Below are positions 19,751 through 28,775 of a stretch of 64,000 nt of DNA, piece after piece (the first letter of the stretch is position 1; each line of letters starts with the position of its first letter). The notes under the pieces are model-generated. The model saw nothing but the letters and a program-made list of their open reading frames with translations. It was not told the origin of the DNA and ran no database searches. Where the stretch lies: NCBI GenBank assembly GCA_024398155.1, contig JAKSJS010000001.1, positions 3,233 to 67,232 on the forward strand, written 5' to 3'. The position numbers and the translations under genes were made by a program. This DNA comes from Bacteroidales bacterium (GTDB lineage Bacteria > Bacteroidota > Bacteroidia > Bacteroidales > UBA932).

Positions 19751-20743
19751 CTAGAGATTGGGGTTCATGGTCTTCCAGTCCTCGACGGCGGGAACGATGC
19801 CGAGGGAGATGATCTCGTCACGCATCTTGCAGAGGTGCTCGTAGGATGCCTGGAGAGCGGCCATTTCCTCAGCGGTGCCGGCGGGAGCCTTGAAGCTTAC
19901 GCCCTCGGCGTTGATGACTGAAGGCATAGCCATCATGACGTTCTTGTAACCGCACTTGTCGCAGTTTACATAGCAGCCGGCGGGCCAGTTGAACTCAGCG
20001 CCGCCCATAGCGGCCTCGATCATCTTGACAGCCTGGTAAGCGGGGCTCTGGAAGGAGCTGCGGCCACGGAGCTTGATGATGTTGGAACCACCCTGGATGG
20101 TGTTGTGCTTGATTTCCTCCCACTTGTCAGCGGGGATGTTGAAGTCTGCGAGAGGTTTGCCGTCAACGGTAACCTTGCTTGCGAAGACTGCCATAGCCTC
20201 GCCGTGTCCGCCGTAAGTGCGGGCATTCTCGACCTTGTACTGGGGAACACCGCAGTAAGCGGCGATAGCCTCCTGGAGACGGGTGGAGTCGAGGGCTGCG
20301 AGGGAAGTGAGCTGGTTAGGCTTGAGACCGGAGTGGATGAGAGCGGTGAGAGCCGTTACGTCAGCGGGGTTGAAGATGACGACTACATGCTTTACATCGG
20401 GGCAGTATTTCTTGATGAGGTCACCGAACTCGGCGGCAATCTTGCAGTTGCCCTTGAGAAGGTCTTCGCGGGTCATACCTTCCTTGCGGGGAGCTCCACC
20501 GGAGGAGATGATGTACTTGGCGTCCTTGAAGGCAACGGCGGGATCGGTAGTCCAGGCAACGCCGGCACCTTCGAAAGCGCAGTGGTAGATTTCCTCGGCT
20601 ACGCCGTGTACGCCGGGTTCAAAAATGTCATAGAGACAGATGTTGGGGGTGAGGCCGAGCATGAGGGCGGTCTGAGCCATGTTGGAGCCGATCATTCCAC
20701 CGGCACCGACAATAACGAGTTTCTCGTCAGTCAAAAAAGCCAT
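19751..20743 (-). CDS. mdh: Malate dehydrogenase
   Basis: GAGGMIG, GAPRKEGMTREDLL, NPAD, LDSTRL, GGHGE; strong codon bias. Confidence 0.95.
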   Translation of the reverse strand: MAFLTDEKLVIVGAGGMIGSNMAQTALMLGLTPNICLYDIFEPGVHGVAEEIYHCAFEGAGVAWTTDPAVAFKDAKYIISSGGAPRKEGMTREDLLKGNCKIAAEFGDLIKKYCPDVKHVVVIFNPADVTALTALIHSGLKPNQLTSLAALDSTRLQEAIAAYCGVPQYKVENARTYGGHGEAMAVFASKVTVDGKPLADFNIPADKWEEIKHNTIQGGSNIIKLRGRSSFQSPAYQAVKMIEAAMGGAEFNWPAGCYVNCDKCGYKNVMMAMPSVINAEGVSFKAPAGTAEEMAALQASYEHLCKMRDEIISLGIVPAVEDWKTMNPNL

Positions 20744-20826
20744 AACTTGAGTTTTTTATATTTAGTTATTAATCGATTGTCATAGAGGCGCCCGTCTCCG
20801 ACGGGACACCGGCCGTAAAACGGTCG

Positions 20827-20896
20827 CAAAGATACTAATTTCAAATGATTGATTTTCAAAAATATTCGTTGGACTTTATAAAAAATACTATATTTG
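20827..20896. promoter_or_regulatory. Divergent -7 promoter elements (mdh on minus; small ORF/PPTase on plus)
   Basis: TATCTTTG on minus at 20827-20834 and TATATTTG on plus at 20889-20896. Confidence 0.6.
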
Positions 20897-20913
20897 CATC
20901 GAATTAACTATTT

Positions 20914-21120
20914 ATGAAAACAGAGCCTCCCAGTTGCCCCTTAGCGGATAGTCTCTCTCCCGCCGCGGATCAAGTTTCTGATGATCCGTTGTCGGATAAC
21001 GTGTTTATGATACTTGACGTGCTCTCTTCTGACCAGAGTCAGGAGCGGGTTCTTGTCTGTTCGTACTCTGCGGATGGAGGGCTTTCCTATGTCGGCTTCC
21101 CCGGAGATTATATTTCATAA
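20914..21120 (+). CDS. Possible small acidic protein (68 aa)
   Basis: Lies between a -7 promoter and the PPTase gene, with an AT-rich start context. No recognisable motif. Confidence 0.35.
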   Translation: MKTEPPSCPLADSLSPAADQVSDDPLSDNVFMILDVLSSDQSQERVLVCSYSADGGLSYVGFPGDYIS

Positions 21121-21150
21121 AAAGCAAGTATTACCTTATTATATACCTAT

Positions 21151-21792
21151 ATGGGCCTGTATCTGAGAAAAATTCTCGACAACAAAGCGACTGTCGCAGT
21201 ATGGCAGATTACCGAAAGCGAGCAGGAGCTTATCGACCTCTCCAGCGTCCCCACTGACGAGATGGAGGAAATCAACCTTATCCGCAGCGAAAGCCTGCGC
21301 AAGCAGAAACTCGCAGTGCGTGCGCTCCTCAACGAACTCTTCGAGGAGAAGGTCTATCTTTCCCATCACGACAACGGACGTCCCTATCTTGAGAATACGA
21401 TAACCAACATATCCATCACCCACACCGAGAAATATGTCGCCGTCATAACCCACGAGGAGGACGACCTCGGTATCGATATCGAGTCCCTGGCCCGCGACTT
21501 CTCCGCCGTTGAGAAGAAGGCGCTTACCGAGGACGAGATCGACGACCTTGACGATGACGCCGAGGAGAAGCACGAGCAGCTCGCCATCTACTGGTGCGCC
21601 AAGGAAGCGATCTACAAGAGGATGGGCCAGAACCGCGTCGACTATTCCGAGCAGATAGAAGTCGAGAAGTTCACCCCCAAGGGAGAGGGCGAACTCGAGG
21701 CCACCTTCATCCACAAGGACGGCCACGAAGAGGATTTCGACCTCGAATATATCTTCTTCGACAACCATGTCCTCGTATGGGTAGTAGGATAG
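21151..21792 (+). CDS. 4'-phosphopantetheinyl transferase (Sfp-type)
   Basis: GRPYL, ISITHT, GIDIE, WCAKEAIYK. Confidence 0.9.
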   Translation: MGLYLRKILDNKATVAVWQITESEQELIDLSSVPTDEMEEINLIRSESLRKQKLAVRALLNELFEEKVYLSHHDNGRPYLENTITNISITHTEKYVAVITHEEDDLGIDIESLARDFSAVEKKALTEDEIDDLDDDAEEKHEQLAIYWCAKEAIYKRMGQNRVDYSEQIEVEKFTPKGEGELEATFIHKDGHEEDFDLEYIFFDNHVLVWVVG

Positions 21793-21966
21793 GTTTACAA
21801 TGTTCCACTGTTCTACGGTAAAAATAACAAAAAAGTTAATCAATTTTTAACTTTTCAAAATTAGAATACGATTTAATTGCCTGTTAATCACCGATTTAAC
21901 AGGCAATTTTTCGTGTTGTTGAAAACTTTTCTTGCACGAAAGAGAATCAGCGGAAAGCAAAAGGAC

Positions 21967-21974
21967 TATCTTTG
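21967..21974 (+). promoter_or_regulatory. -7 promoter element for nrdDG
   Basis: TATCTTTG about 100 nt upstream of nrdD. Confidence 0.55.
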
Positions 21975-22077
21975 TCTCCGGTTCAGAAAAAACCGCAAAA
22001 CCAACCTGAAATTAATCATATAGAACCCGGTTCACCACAAGCCGGGGTAAAACCTAACCCGCCAGCCTCAAACCGCT

Positions 22078-24285
22078 ATGGTAAAGTATGTAATCAAAAG
22101 AGATGGTCGAAAAGTAGATTTCGACAAGAAGAAAATCATCGACGCCGTCCTCAAGGCGATGAACGTAACAGACAAGGGAGAGGACTTTGTACTCGCAGCC
22201 CAGATTGCCGTTGACGTAGCCAACTACGGAGACGAAGAGATGAGTGTGGAGAGCATCCAGGACCTCGTCGAGATGGAGCTCATGAACTCCCCCCGCAAGG
22301 AAGTCGCCAAGAAATACATTGCATACCGTAACCAGCGCAACCTCGCCCGCAAGGCAAAGTCCCACGAGATCTTCCAGGAGATCATCGACGCCCAGGCCAA
22401 CGACATCACCCGTGAGAATGCGAACATGAATGCCGACACTCCCGCCGGCATGATGATGAAGTTCGCCTCCGAGTCCACGAAGAGCTACGTTGACGAGTGC
22501 CTCCTTTCCGAGGATGTCCGTGACGCTGTCAAGAACGGCTATATCCACATCCACGACAAGGACTACTATCCCACCAAGTCCCTGACCTGTATCCAGCACC
22601 CTCTCGACAAGATACTCGAGAACGGTCTCAGGGCCGGTCACGGCGAGTCCCGTCCCGCCAAGAGGATAGAGACTGCCGCCGTCCTTGCCTGTATCTCCAT
22701 GGAGACTGTCCAGAACGAGATGCACGGCGGTCAGGCGATCCCCGCTTTCGATTTCTATCTTGCACCTTTCGTCCGCAAGACTTTCCAGGAGGAGCTCAAG
22801 AAGCTCGAGGCCTACGACGACCAGGACTACTCCCGTCTCTATGACGTCGAGATCTCCGACTATCTGCGTCACGACCTCACCGGTCTCAAGGGCGACGAGA
22901 AGGCTGTACAGCAGGCCATCAACCAGACCGTTGGCCGCGTCCACCAGTCAATGGAGGCCTTTGTCCACAACATGAACACCATCCACTCCCGTGGCGGTAA
23001 CCAGGTTGTCTTCTCCTCCATCAACTACGGTACCGATACTTCCGCCGAGGGCCGCTGTATCATCCGTGAGATTCTTAACACCACTTATGAAGGCGTCGGC
23101 AACGGCTCGACCGCTATCTTCCCCATCCAGATATGGAAGAAGAAGAGAGGCGTCAGCTATCTCCCCGAAGACCCCAACTACGACCTCTACAAGTTCGCAT
23201 GCAAGGTTTCCGCCCGCCGCTTCTTCCCCAACTTCCTCAACCTCGATGCGTCCTACAATGTCGATGACGCCTGGAAGGCCGACGACCCCCGCCGCTTCGA
23301 GCACGAGGTAGCCACCATGGGTTGCCGTACCCGCGTATACGGAAACAAGTTCGGTCCCAAGACCTCCATCGGCCGCGGTAACCTCTCCTTCACGACGATC
23401 AACATCGTCCGCATCGCTATCGAGTGCATGAACATCGAGAACAAGGAAGAGAGGATCGCCGCCTTCATGGAGAAGTTCGACTGGGCCCTCAACATCGCCG
23501 CAAAGCAGCTTGACGAGCGCTTCCAGTTCCAGAAGACCGCCCTCAAGAAACAGTTCCCTCTCCTCATGAACGGCCTCTGGCTCGGCTCTGACAACCTCGA
23601 GCCCAATGACTGCATCGAGTCCGTCCTCAACCAGGGTACTCTCGCCATCGGCTTCATCGGCCTCGCCGAGACCCTCATCGCCCTCGTCGGCAAACACCAC
23701 GGCGAAAGCGAGGAGGCCCAGGAGCTCGGTCTCCGCATCATCTCCCACATGGCAGAGAAGATCAACTGCTTCACCGAGAGCTACCAGCACAACTATTCCT
23801 GCTTCGCGACTCCTGCAGAAGGCCTTTCCGGCCGCTTCACCAAGATGGACCGCAAGAAATTCGGCAACATCCCCGGCATTACCGACAAGGACTACTACAC
23901 CAACTCCAGCCACATTCCCGTCTACTACCATTGTACTCCCCAGCACAAGGCGAAGATCGAAGGCCCCTACCATAAATATGAGGGCGCCGGCCATATCTTC
24001 TATGTAGAGATTGACGGTGATGCAACCCACAACCCCGAGGCGATCATGGCTATCGTCGACCTCATGGACAAGTATGATATCGGATACGGCTCTGTAAACC
24101 ACAACCGCAACCGTTGTCTCGACTGCGGCTATGAGGATGCGACAGAAGGCCTCAAGGAGTGCCCTCACTGCCACTCCACGAACATCGACACTCTCCAGCG
24201 TATCACCGGCTACCTCGTAGGTACGACCAACCGCTGGAACAGCGCCAAGCTTGCTGAGCTCAAGGACCGCGTTGTCCATAAATAA
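22078..24285 (+). CDS. nrdD: Anaerobic (class III) ribonucleoside-triphosphate reductase
   Basis: ATP cone VIKRDGR, HIHDKD, MGCRT, GRGNL, ATPAEG, YYTNS, CxxC...CxxC, RITGYL glycyl-radical motif. Confidence 0.98.
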   Translation: MVKYVIKRDGRKVDFDKKKIIDAVLKAMNVTDKGEDFVLAAQIAVDVANYGDEEMSVESIQDLVEMELMNSPRKEVAKKYIAYRNQRNLARKAKSHEIFQEIIDAQANDITRENANMNADTPAGMMMKFASESTKSYVDECLLSEDVRDAVKNGYIHIHDKDYYPTKSLTCIQHPLDKILENGLRAGHGESRPAKRIETAAVLACISMETVQNEMHGGQAIPAFDFYLAPFVRKTFQEELKKLEAYDDQDYSRLYDVEISDYLRHDLTGLKGDEKAVQQAINQTVGRVHQSMEAFVHNMNTIHSRGGNQVVFSSINYGTDTSAEGRCIIREILNTTYEGVGNGSTAIFPIQIWKKKRGVSYLPEDPNYDLYKFACKVSARRFFPNFLNLDASYNVDDAWKADDPRRFEHEVATMGCRTRVYGNKFGPKTSIGRGNLSFTTINIVRIAIECMNIENKEERIAAFMEKFDWALNIAAKQLDERFQFQKTALKKQFPLLMNGLWLGSDNLEPNDCIESVLNQGTLAIGFIGLAETLIALVGKHHGESEEAQELGLRIISHMAEKINCFTESYQHNYSCFATPAEGLSGRFTKMDRKKFGNIPGITDKDYYTNSSHIPVYYHCTPQHKAKIEGPYHKYEGAGHIFYVEIDGDATHNPEAIMAIVDLMDKYDIGYGSVNHNRNRCLDCGYEDATEGLKECPHCHSTNIDTLQRITGYLVGTTNRWNSAKLAELKDRVVHK

Positions 24286-24292
24286 GGCTCGG

Positions 24293-24796
24293 ATGACAAT
24301 CAGAGTACTTGATATTTTGGAGGAGACCATGGCCGACGGCCCTGGTCTCCGTACGTCTATATACTGTGCCGGATGCGCCCACCACTGCGAAGGCTGCCAC
24401 AACCCCCAGTCATGGGACTTCAAGGGCGGTAAGGACATGGAAGTTGAAAAGCTCCTCGAACTGATAAAGTCCGACGAGTTCTCCAACGTGACCTTCTCCG
24501 GCGGAGACCCCTTCTACCAGGCCGAGGCCTTTACCGAACTTGCCCGCAGGATCAAGGAGGAGACGAAGAAGACGATATGGTGCTATACAGGCTTCACAAT
24601 TGAAGAGATCAGGGAAAACCCGAAGATGGCGCCCATGCTCGACTACCTCGACGTCCTTGTCGACGGCCCCTTTGTCCTTGCTCTCCGCGACACCCAGCTC
24701 CACTTCCGCGGCTCCTCCAACCAGAGGATAATCCACCTCCGCGAAGAGAAGGAAGAGGAAATCCCCGGCACCGTAAAGGTCATTCCGTTCAGGTAA
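24293..24796 (+). CDS. nrdG: Anaerobic RNR activating enzyme (radical SAM)
   Basis: Start at ATG 24293. DGPGLR, CAHHCEGC, SGGDP, DVLVDGPF, RGSSNQR. Confidence 0.97.
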   Translation: MTIRVLDILEETMADGPGLRTSIYCAGCAHHCEGCHNPQSWDFKGGKDMEVEKLLELIKSDEFSNVTFSGGDPFYQAEAFTELARRIKEETKKTIWCYTGFTIEEIRENPKMAPMLDYLDVLVDGPFVLALRDTQLHFRGSSNQRIIHLREEKEEEIPGTVKVIPFR

Positions 24797-24801
24797 TTCC
24801 A

Positions 24802-27306
24802 CTAGTTCATGTGGAGAATGTTCTTTGGCTCGGGGAGATCCTTGTAGCTGAACCGGTAACTCTCTCCGTTGGAATTGCGGAACTCGGCCGAGAACAGTGA
24901 GAACCTCTCTTTTGCTTCGTCATCGCGTCCTATTTTGCGGAGGGCATAGACGCTGTAAACGATAGCTGTTTCTGAGATAGGATCTATTGACGCAATCATG
25001 TCGGCGAGTTCTATCACTGCAAGATGGTCAGATTCGGTGTATTTGTCCGATATGTTCTTCTCAAGAAAAGAAAGGCACAGCTCTTCCATTTCCCCTTTGA
25101 ACTTGTCCAGCGCCGGATTGTTTATATTGGCAAGGAATTTTCCGCGGGAGATGGCTCCAAGGACTTTTCCCTTGTCTGGATTATCTTTGTGGAGCTCTTC
25201 CCATACCATCCACCCGTCACAAATGTCAGGAGTTACGAGTTCAAGATGATAATGTTTGTCGCTGAAACTGATGTTTACTCCGTCAAGGGCTTCAAGCCTT
25301 TTTCGGAGGGTGTTGATGGCGACGCCTCGTGAATTTCTGGCCTTGTCTTCGTCCTTGTCGGGCCAGAAGATGGCACTCAATCTTCTTGAGGATAGTCCAT
25401 GCTCACGATATTTTATGAGCAGCAGTAGAATTAGGATAGACTGGGCATAAAATGATGTAGTGGTTTCCTGTCCCTCCCTGCCGTTTATCTGAAAGTCGCC
25501 GAAAGTGTAGATGCGGTTTGGAAGATTTGTGAAACTATAAATTTTTTTACTGGGGTTTTTCTTTGATAATATGTAGAGCCTTGAAAGATTTCTCTTGCGC
25601 AAGGTTTGAAGCAATAGGAACAATATTGTACTTACGACGGTTACAACAATAAATATTATTATCGCCAATAAGACAAGAAGAGGCACTTTGCTCGTGTTGA
25701 GATTTTTTGTGCTCAATGGGGGAAAGGACATGGTATAGACCCCAAAATCAGTCTTGACGTCATCAGGCGAGACTTGTTTTACAATAATCAGTTTCTTCAG
25801 AGATTCGTCGTAATACAGATTCGCATTGGTGCTGATTTTATCGGAGTTTATTTCAATGGGATCACCATATGCCTCGTGGCTCCCGTCCGCAATCGAGAAG
25901 CGGTACAGTTGAAGCTTGGACTCCGTCTTATATTCCGGATAGCATACGACATAGATATCCTTGTCAGTAGCGACGAGGTTCCTCACAGGAACCATCTCCA
26001 CGTCCGGAAGCTTTATTTCCCAACATTTTTCTGTCGATCCGTCTGAAAGCTTGACGCGATACAGGTCGTACTTGTATTTTCGTCCCACCACGACTTCTCC
26101 ACACTCATTTCCCATACCGCCGAAAATATATACATATTCTCCGTCAGGACTTGTCCCTGCGGAGCAGAAGTATCTGGGACTGATTTCCGAGTCCTTCCCG
26201 TTCCATTTCGGCACCCAACCGTTCTCCCTGTCAAATTCGAGGAATTCATCACTGAATACGGTAAAGCCGTACCCGCCGAAGATGGAATACCTGCCGTTTG
26301 CGCTGTCAATGAAACTCGCATGATGGAACCGCGAAGTATTCGGGCGGTTCGTTGTCCAAGCATCCGTCCATTCTTCCTCGGCCAAGTCGAGTCGCGCAGC
26401 CATTGCTATCTTCCAGTCTGTTGTCCTTGTCTCATAAGCAATTATGGATTCCCCGTCCTCAAAAGCAAGGCCTTGCTCCAGCAACAACGGGCAATCATTC
26501 TTGAGTGTAGTTGAAATTGACCTGTTTGAAACAAGGTCATATGTTGTAAGCAGGTTCTTGTAGAAGAAATAAACTTTATTGGACACTTCGTCATATAGGG
26601 AACCTCCGATAGTTGGGGCGGTGATATTCATCACGTTCTTCCATTTAAGAGATTCCAATACCAGCCATCCGGGATTTTCAATCTGACCGCGTACAAGATG
26701 GCGCGAATCGACAGCATGGTTACCGCTTGTCTCATCAAGCGGGAACTGGTAGCATCTCTTCCCGTCGTCAATCTGCAGACATCTTATTGCAAAGGGAGGT
26801 ACTTCAATAAGATGGCCGGTCCGGCCGAAAGATATTGACAGCCTCCTTTTCTTTGAGGGGAAGTCATAAGCGGTTTCCCATTTTCTCTCTCCAACTTGAA
26901 GGCTGATAGCCCCTCCAGCGAAATCCATTTCAAAACACACCCTGTTCCATGTCATTTCCCGGAGTTCTTCCATTTTCAAGTTGCCTTTTATGACACTTGT
27001 CTTGCCTTCTTCATTGATCCGGATAACGATTTCCCCATCGCGTCCATCTATCGACATGTTCCAGATAAAATCATTATCGCGAGAATCTGTTATCCTAAGT
27101 ATATAGCCGAAACAATCTATGTGGTGCGGAGAGTACTCGAATGATATTGCAAGTTTATCCTTAAAACATCTGGGATTCTTTCCGAAAACCACATATGAAG
27201 TCCTTTGGTTTATCGGGTATCCAAGTCCATGAAAGAACACACCTTGAGCATCGGCCGCTATCGAAACTGAGATGAAAAGCAATAGTGAAAAGAATATCTT
27301 CCGCAT
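24802..27306 (-). CDS. Membrane-spanning PUL regulator: periplasmic kelch propeller, TM helix, cytoplasmic SARP/OmpR-like DNA-binding domain
   Basis: Signal peptide, kelch FGGYG/FGGMG, TM helix, then TFGDFQI...LSAIFWPDK...NSRGVAINTLRK. Divergent from the PUL operon. Confidence 0.8.
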   Translation of the reverse strand: MRKIFFSLLLFISVSIAADAQGVFFHGLGYPINQRTSYVVFGKNPRCFKDKLAISFEYSPHHIDCFGYILRITDSRDNDFIWNMSIDGRDGEIVIRINEEGKTSVIKGNLKMEELREMTWNRVCFEMDFAGGAISLQVGERKWETAYDFPSKKRRLSISFGRTGHLIEVPPFAIRCLQIDDGKRCYQFPLDETSGNHAVDSRHLVRGQIENPGWLVLESLKWKNVMNITAPTIGGSLYDEVSNKVYFFYKNLLTTYDLVSNRSISTTLKNDCPLLLEQGLAFEDGESIIAYETRTTDWKIAMAARLDLAEEEWTDAWTTNRPNTSRFHHASFIDSANGRYSIFGGYGFTVFSDEFLEFDRENGWVPKWNGKDSEISPRYFCSAGTSPDGEYVYIFGGMGNECGEVVVGRKYKYDLYRVKLSDGSTEKCWEIKLPDVEMVPVRNLVATDKDIYVVCYPEYKTESKLQLYRFSIADGSHEAYGDPIEINSDKISTNANLYYDESLKKLIIVKQVSPDDVKTDFGVYTMSFPPLSTKNLNTSKVPLLVLLAIIIFIVVTVVSTILFLLLQTLRKRNLSRLYILSKKNPSKKIYSFTNLPNRIYTFGDFQINGREGQETTTSFYAQSILILLLLIKYREHGLSSRRLSAIFWPDKDEDKARNSRGVAINTLRKRLEALDGVNISFSDKHYHLELVTPDICDGWMVWEELHKDNPDKGKVLGAISRGKFLANINNPALDKFKGEMEELCLSFLEKNISDKYTESDHLAVIELADMIASIDPISETAIVYSVYALRKIGRDDEAKERFSLFSAEFRNSNGESYRFSYKDLPEPKNILHMN

Positions 27307-27328
27307 GATAACTCGTTGTTATTGAACG

Positions 27329-27418
27329 CAAATATAATAAATTTAATATTACTTAAGAATTTTCAAACATGCTTAACTAATATATAATATAATTTTTAAG
27401 TGTCAGCTTTTTACTTTG
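27329..27418. promoter_or_regulatory. Divergent promoter region of the PUL
   Basis: Very AT-rich. TATATTTG on minus (27329-27336) and near-consensus TTACTTTG on plus (27411-27418). Confidence 0.5.
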
Positions 27419-27485
27419 TAGAACAAAAAATTTAGTTAGAGTAACACTACACAACACTTTAATCAATTCTTAATTCAAATCAAAA

Positions 27486-28694
27486 ATGAAAAAATTATTA
27501 GTTATTGCTCTTTCTCTCGCAGTAGCACTTTTCGCTGCTTCTTGTGAGAAACCGAATGAAGTGTTTGATAAGGCTGCGTCAATCGCAGAGCTTACCACTC
27601 AGCTCACTCAGATGGATGCCCTTCTCAATGCCGCTGAAATCGGTACAAAGCAGGGCCAGTACACTCAGGAGGCCTATGACAAACTCAGTGCTGCATACGA
27701 TGCTCTTGAGAAAGTCATTGCTGATTTCCAGGCCGACAAGGGCTCGAAAGATGCTTTCGACAAAGCTCTTAAAGCAGCCAAGGATGCAATCGCAGCCTTT
27801 ACTCCCAATGCAGAGGATCTTCCTTTTGAGTCCAAACCTGCATACCTTTGGTCCAACTCAACGTTTGGATATGTTGATTTCGGTCCTGTTGCAGAGTATG
27901 TAAACTTCGGTGAGCCCGAGAAGGCTGCCGCTCACACTCTCCAGTTCACTGTAGAATTCTGGGCTTATCTTCCTTACTGGGAGGATGCTTGCTGGCGTAT
28001 GATTCTTGGTAACATGACTGAAGGTGGTGCTGTTTATCCTGGAGGATGGTGTTTCAATGTTTACGACAATGGTAAGCTCCGTGGAGTCCACAACATCGTA
28101 AAAGAGGACAAATCCCACGGTTGGAGAGAGTCTGACTTCAGAGTTGACGGAGAAACTGATGTCCGTCCTATTGTCGCCAACTCATGGCATCACTTCGCAA
28201 TGGTAATGAATGACAAGAATGCAACAAACCTCAACGATGGACAGGGCTACGGTATGAATTGCTACCTCGACGGTCAGAAGGTTTGTAGCCTTGGTTTCGA
28301 TGCTGATTTCGCCGGATATAGCTCAGACAACGCCGGAAAGGGTCACACCTTCATCTTTGCTCGTCCTGTTGATCAGAACGGTACTCCCGAAGACGCAGCC
28401 AAGACTCGTGACGGTCAGGGACATCTCCCCGGTTCTGTCAAGGGCCTCATCCTTTACAACAAAGCTCTTACTGCTGCCGATATCGCCGACCTCTATGATG
28501 GCATGAGCGACTACACTGACTTCGAGAGCAACGTTGTCATCGCATGGCCTCTCAACGCAACAGTTGAGGACAGCCAGAACATGAAGGATGCTACCGGCAA
28601 ATTTACAGCTAAACTCTGCAACGAAGGTGAAGACTTCGGCTTTATCGAGGGAACCCTCAAAGACGGAGACAGGATTGTTGACCGCCGCAACTAA
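27486..28694 (+). CDS. Surface lipoprotein with a helical stalk and LamG/concanavalin-like domain (putative glycan-binding)
   Basis: Lipobox FAAS-C, FTVEFW, WHHFAMV, YLDG, LYNKALT. Confidence 0.8.
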   Translation: MKKLLVIALSLAVALFAASCEKPNEVFDKAASIAELTTQLTQMDALLNAAEIGTKQGQYTQEAYDKLSAAYDALEKVIADFQADKGSKDAFDKALKAAKDAIAAFTPNAEDLPFESKPAYLWSNSTFGYVDFGPVAEYVNFGEPEKAAAHTLQFTVEFWAYLPYWEDACWRMILGNMTEGGAVYPGGWCFNVYDNGKLRGVHNIVKEDKSHGWRESDFRVDGETDVRPIVANSWHHFAMVMNDKNATNLNDGQGYGMNCYLDGQKVCSLGFDADFAGYSSDNAGKGHTFIFARPVDQNGTPEDAAKTRDGQGHLPGSVKGLILYNKALTAADIADLYDGMSDYTDFESNVVIAWPLNATVEDSQNMKDATGKFTAKLCNEGEDFGFIEGTLKDGDRIVDRRN

Positions 28695-28723
28695 AAGGAA
28701 TCTTTCTTCGTGATTTAATACTT

Positions 28724-28747
28724 GGGGGCGGACCCGCGTCCGCCCCC
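28724..28747 (+). other. GC-rich intergenic hairpin inside the PUL operon
   Basis: GGGGGCGGAC-CCGC-GTCCGCCCCC, a perfect 10-bp stem with no U-tract. Confidence 0.7.
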
Positions 28748-28775
28748 TATTAATAAAAATTGACAGTTGCATTTC

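Noticed and set aside
20791-20805. CCCGTCTCCGACGGG hairpin upstream of mdh as a sixth repeat copy
   Set aside because: It shares CCGTCTCCG with the core but is only 15 bp and lacks correctly spaced flanking boxes.
21800-22077. NrdR boxes or a riboswitch upstream of nrdD
   Set aside because: No match to the acaCwAtATaTwGtg consensus; only a short hairpin (CCCGGTT/AGCCGGG) is present.
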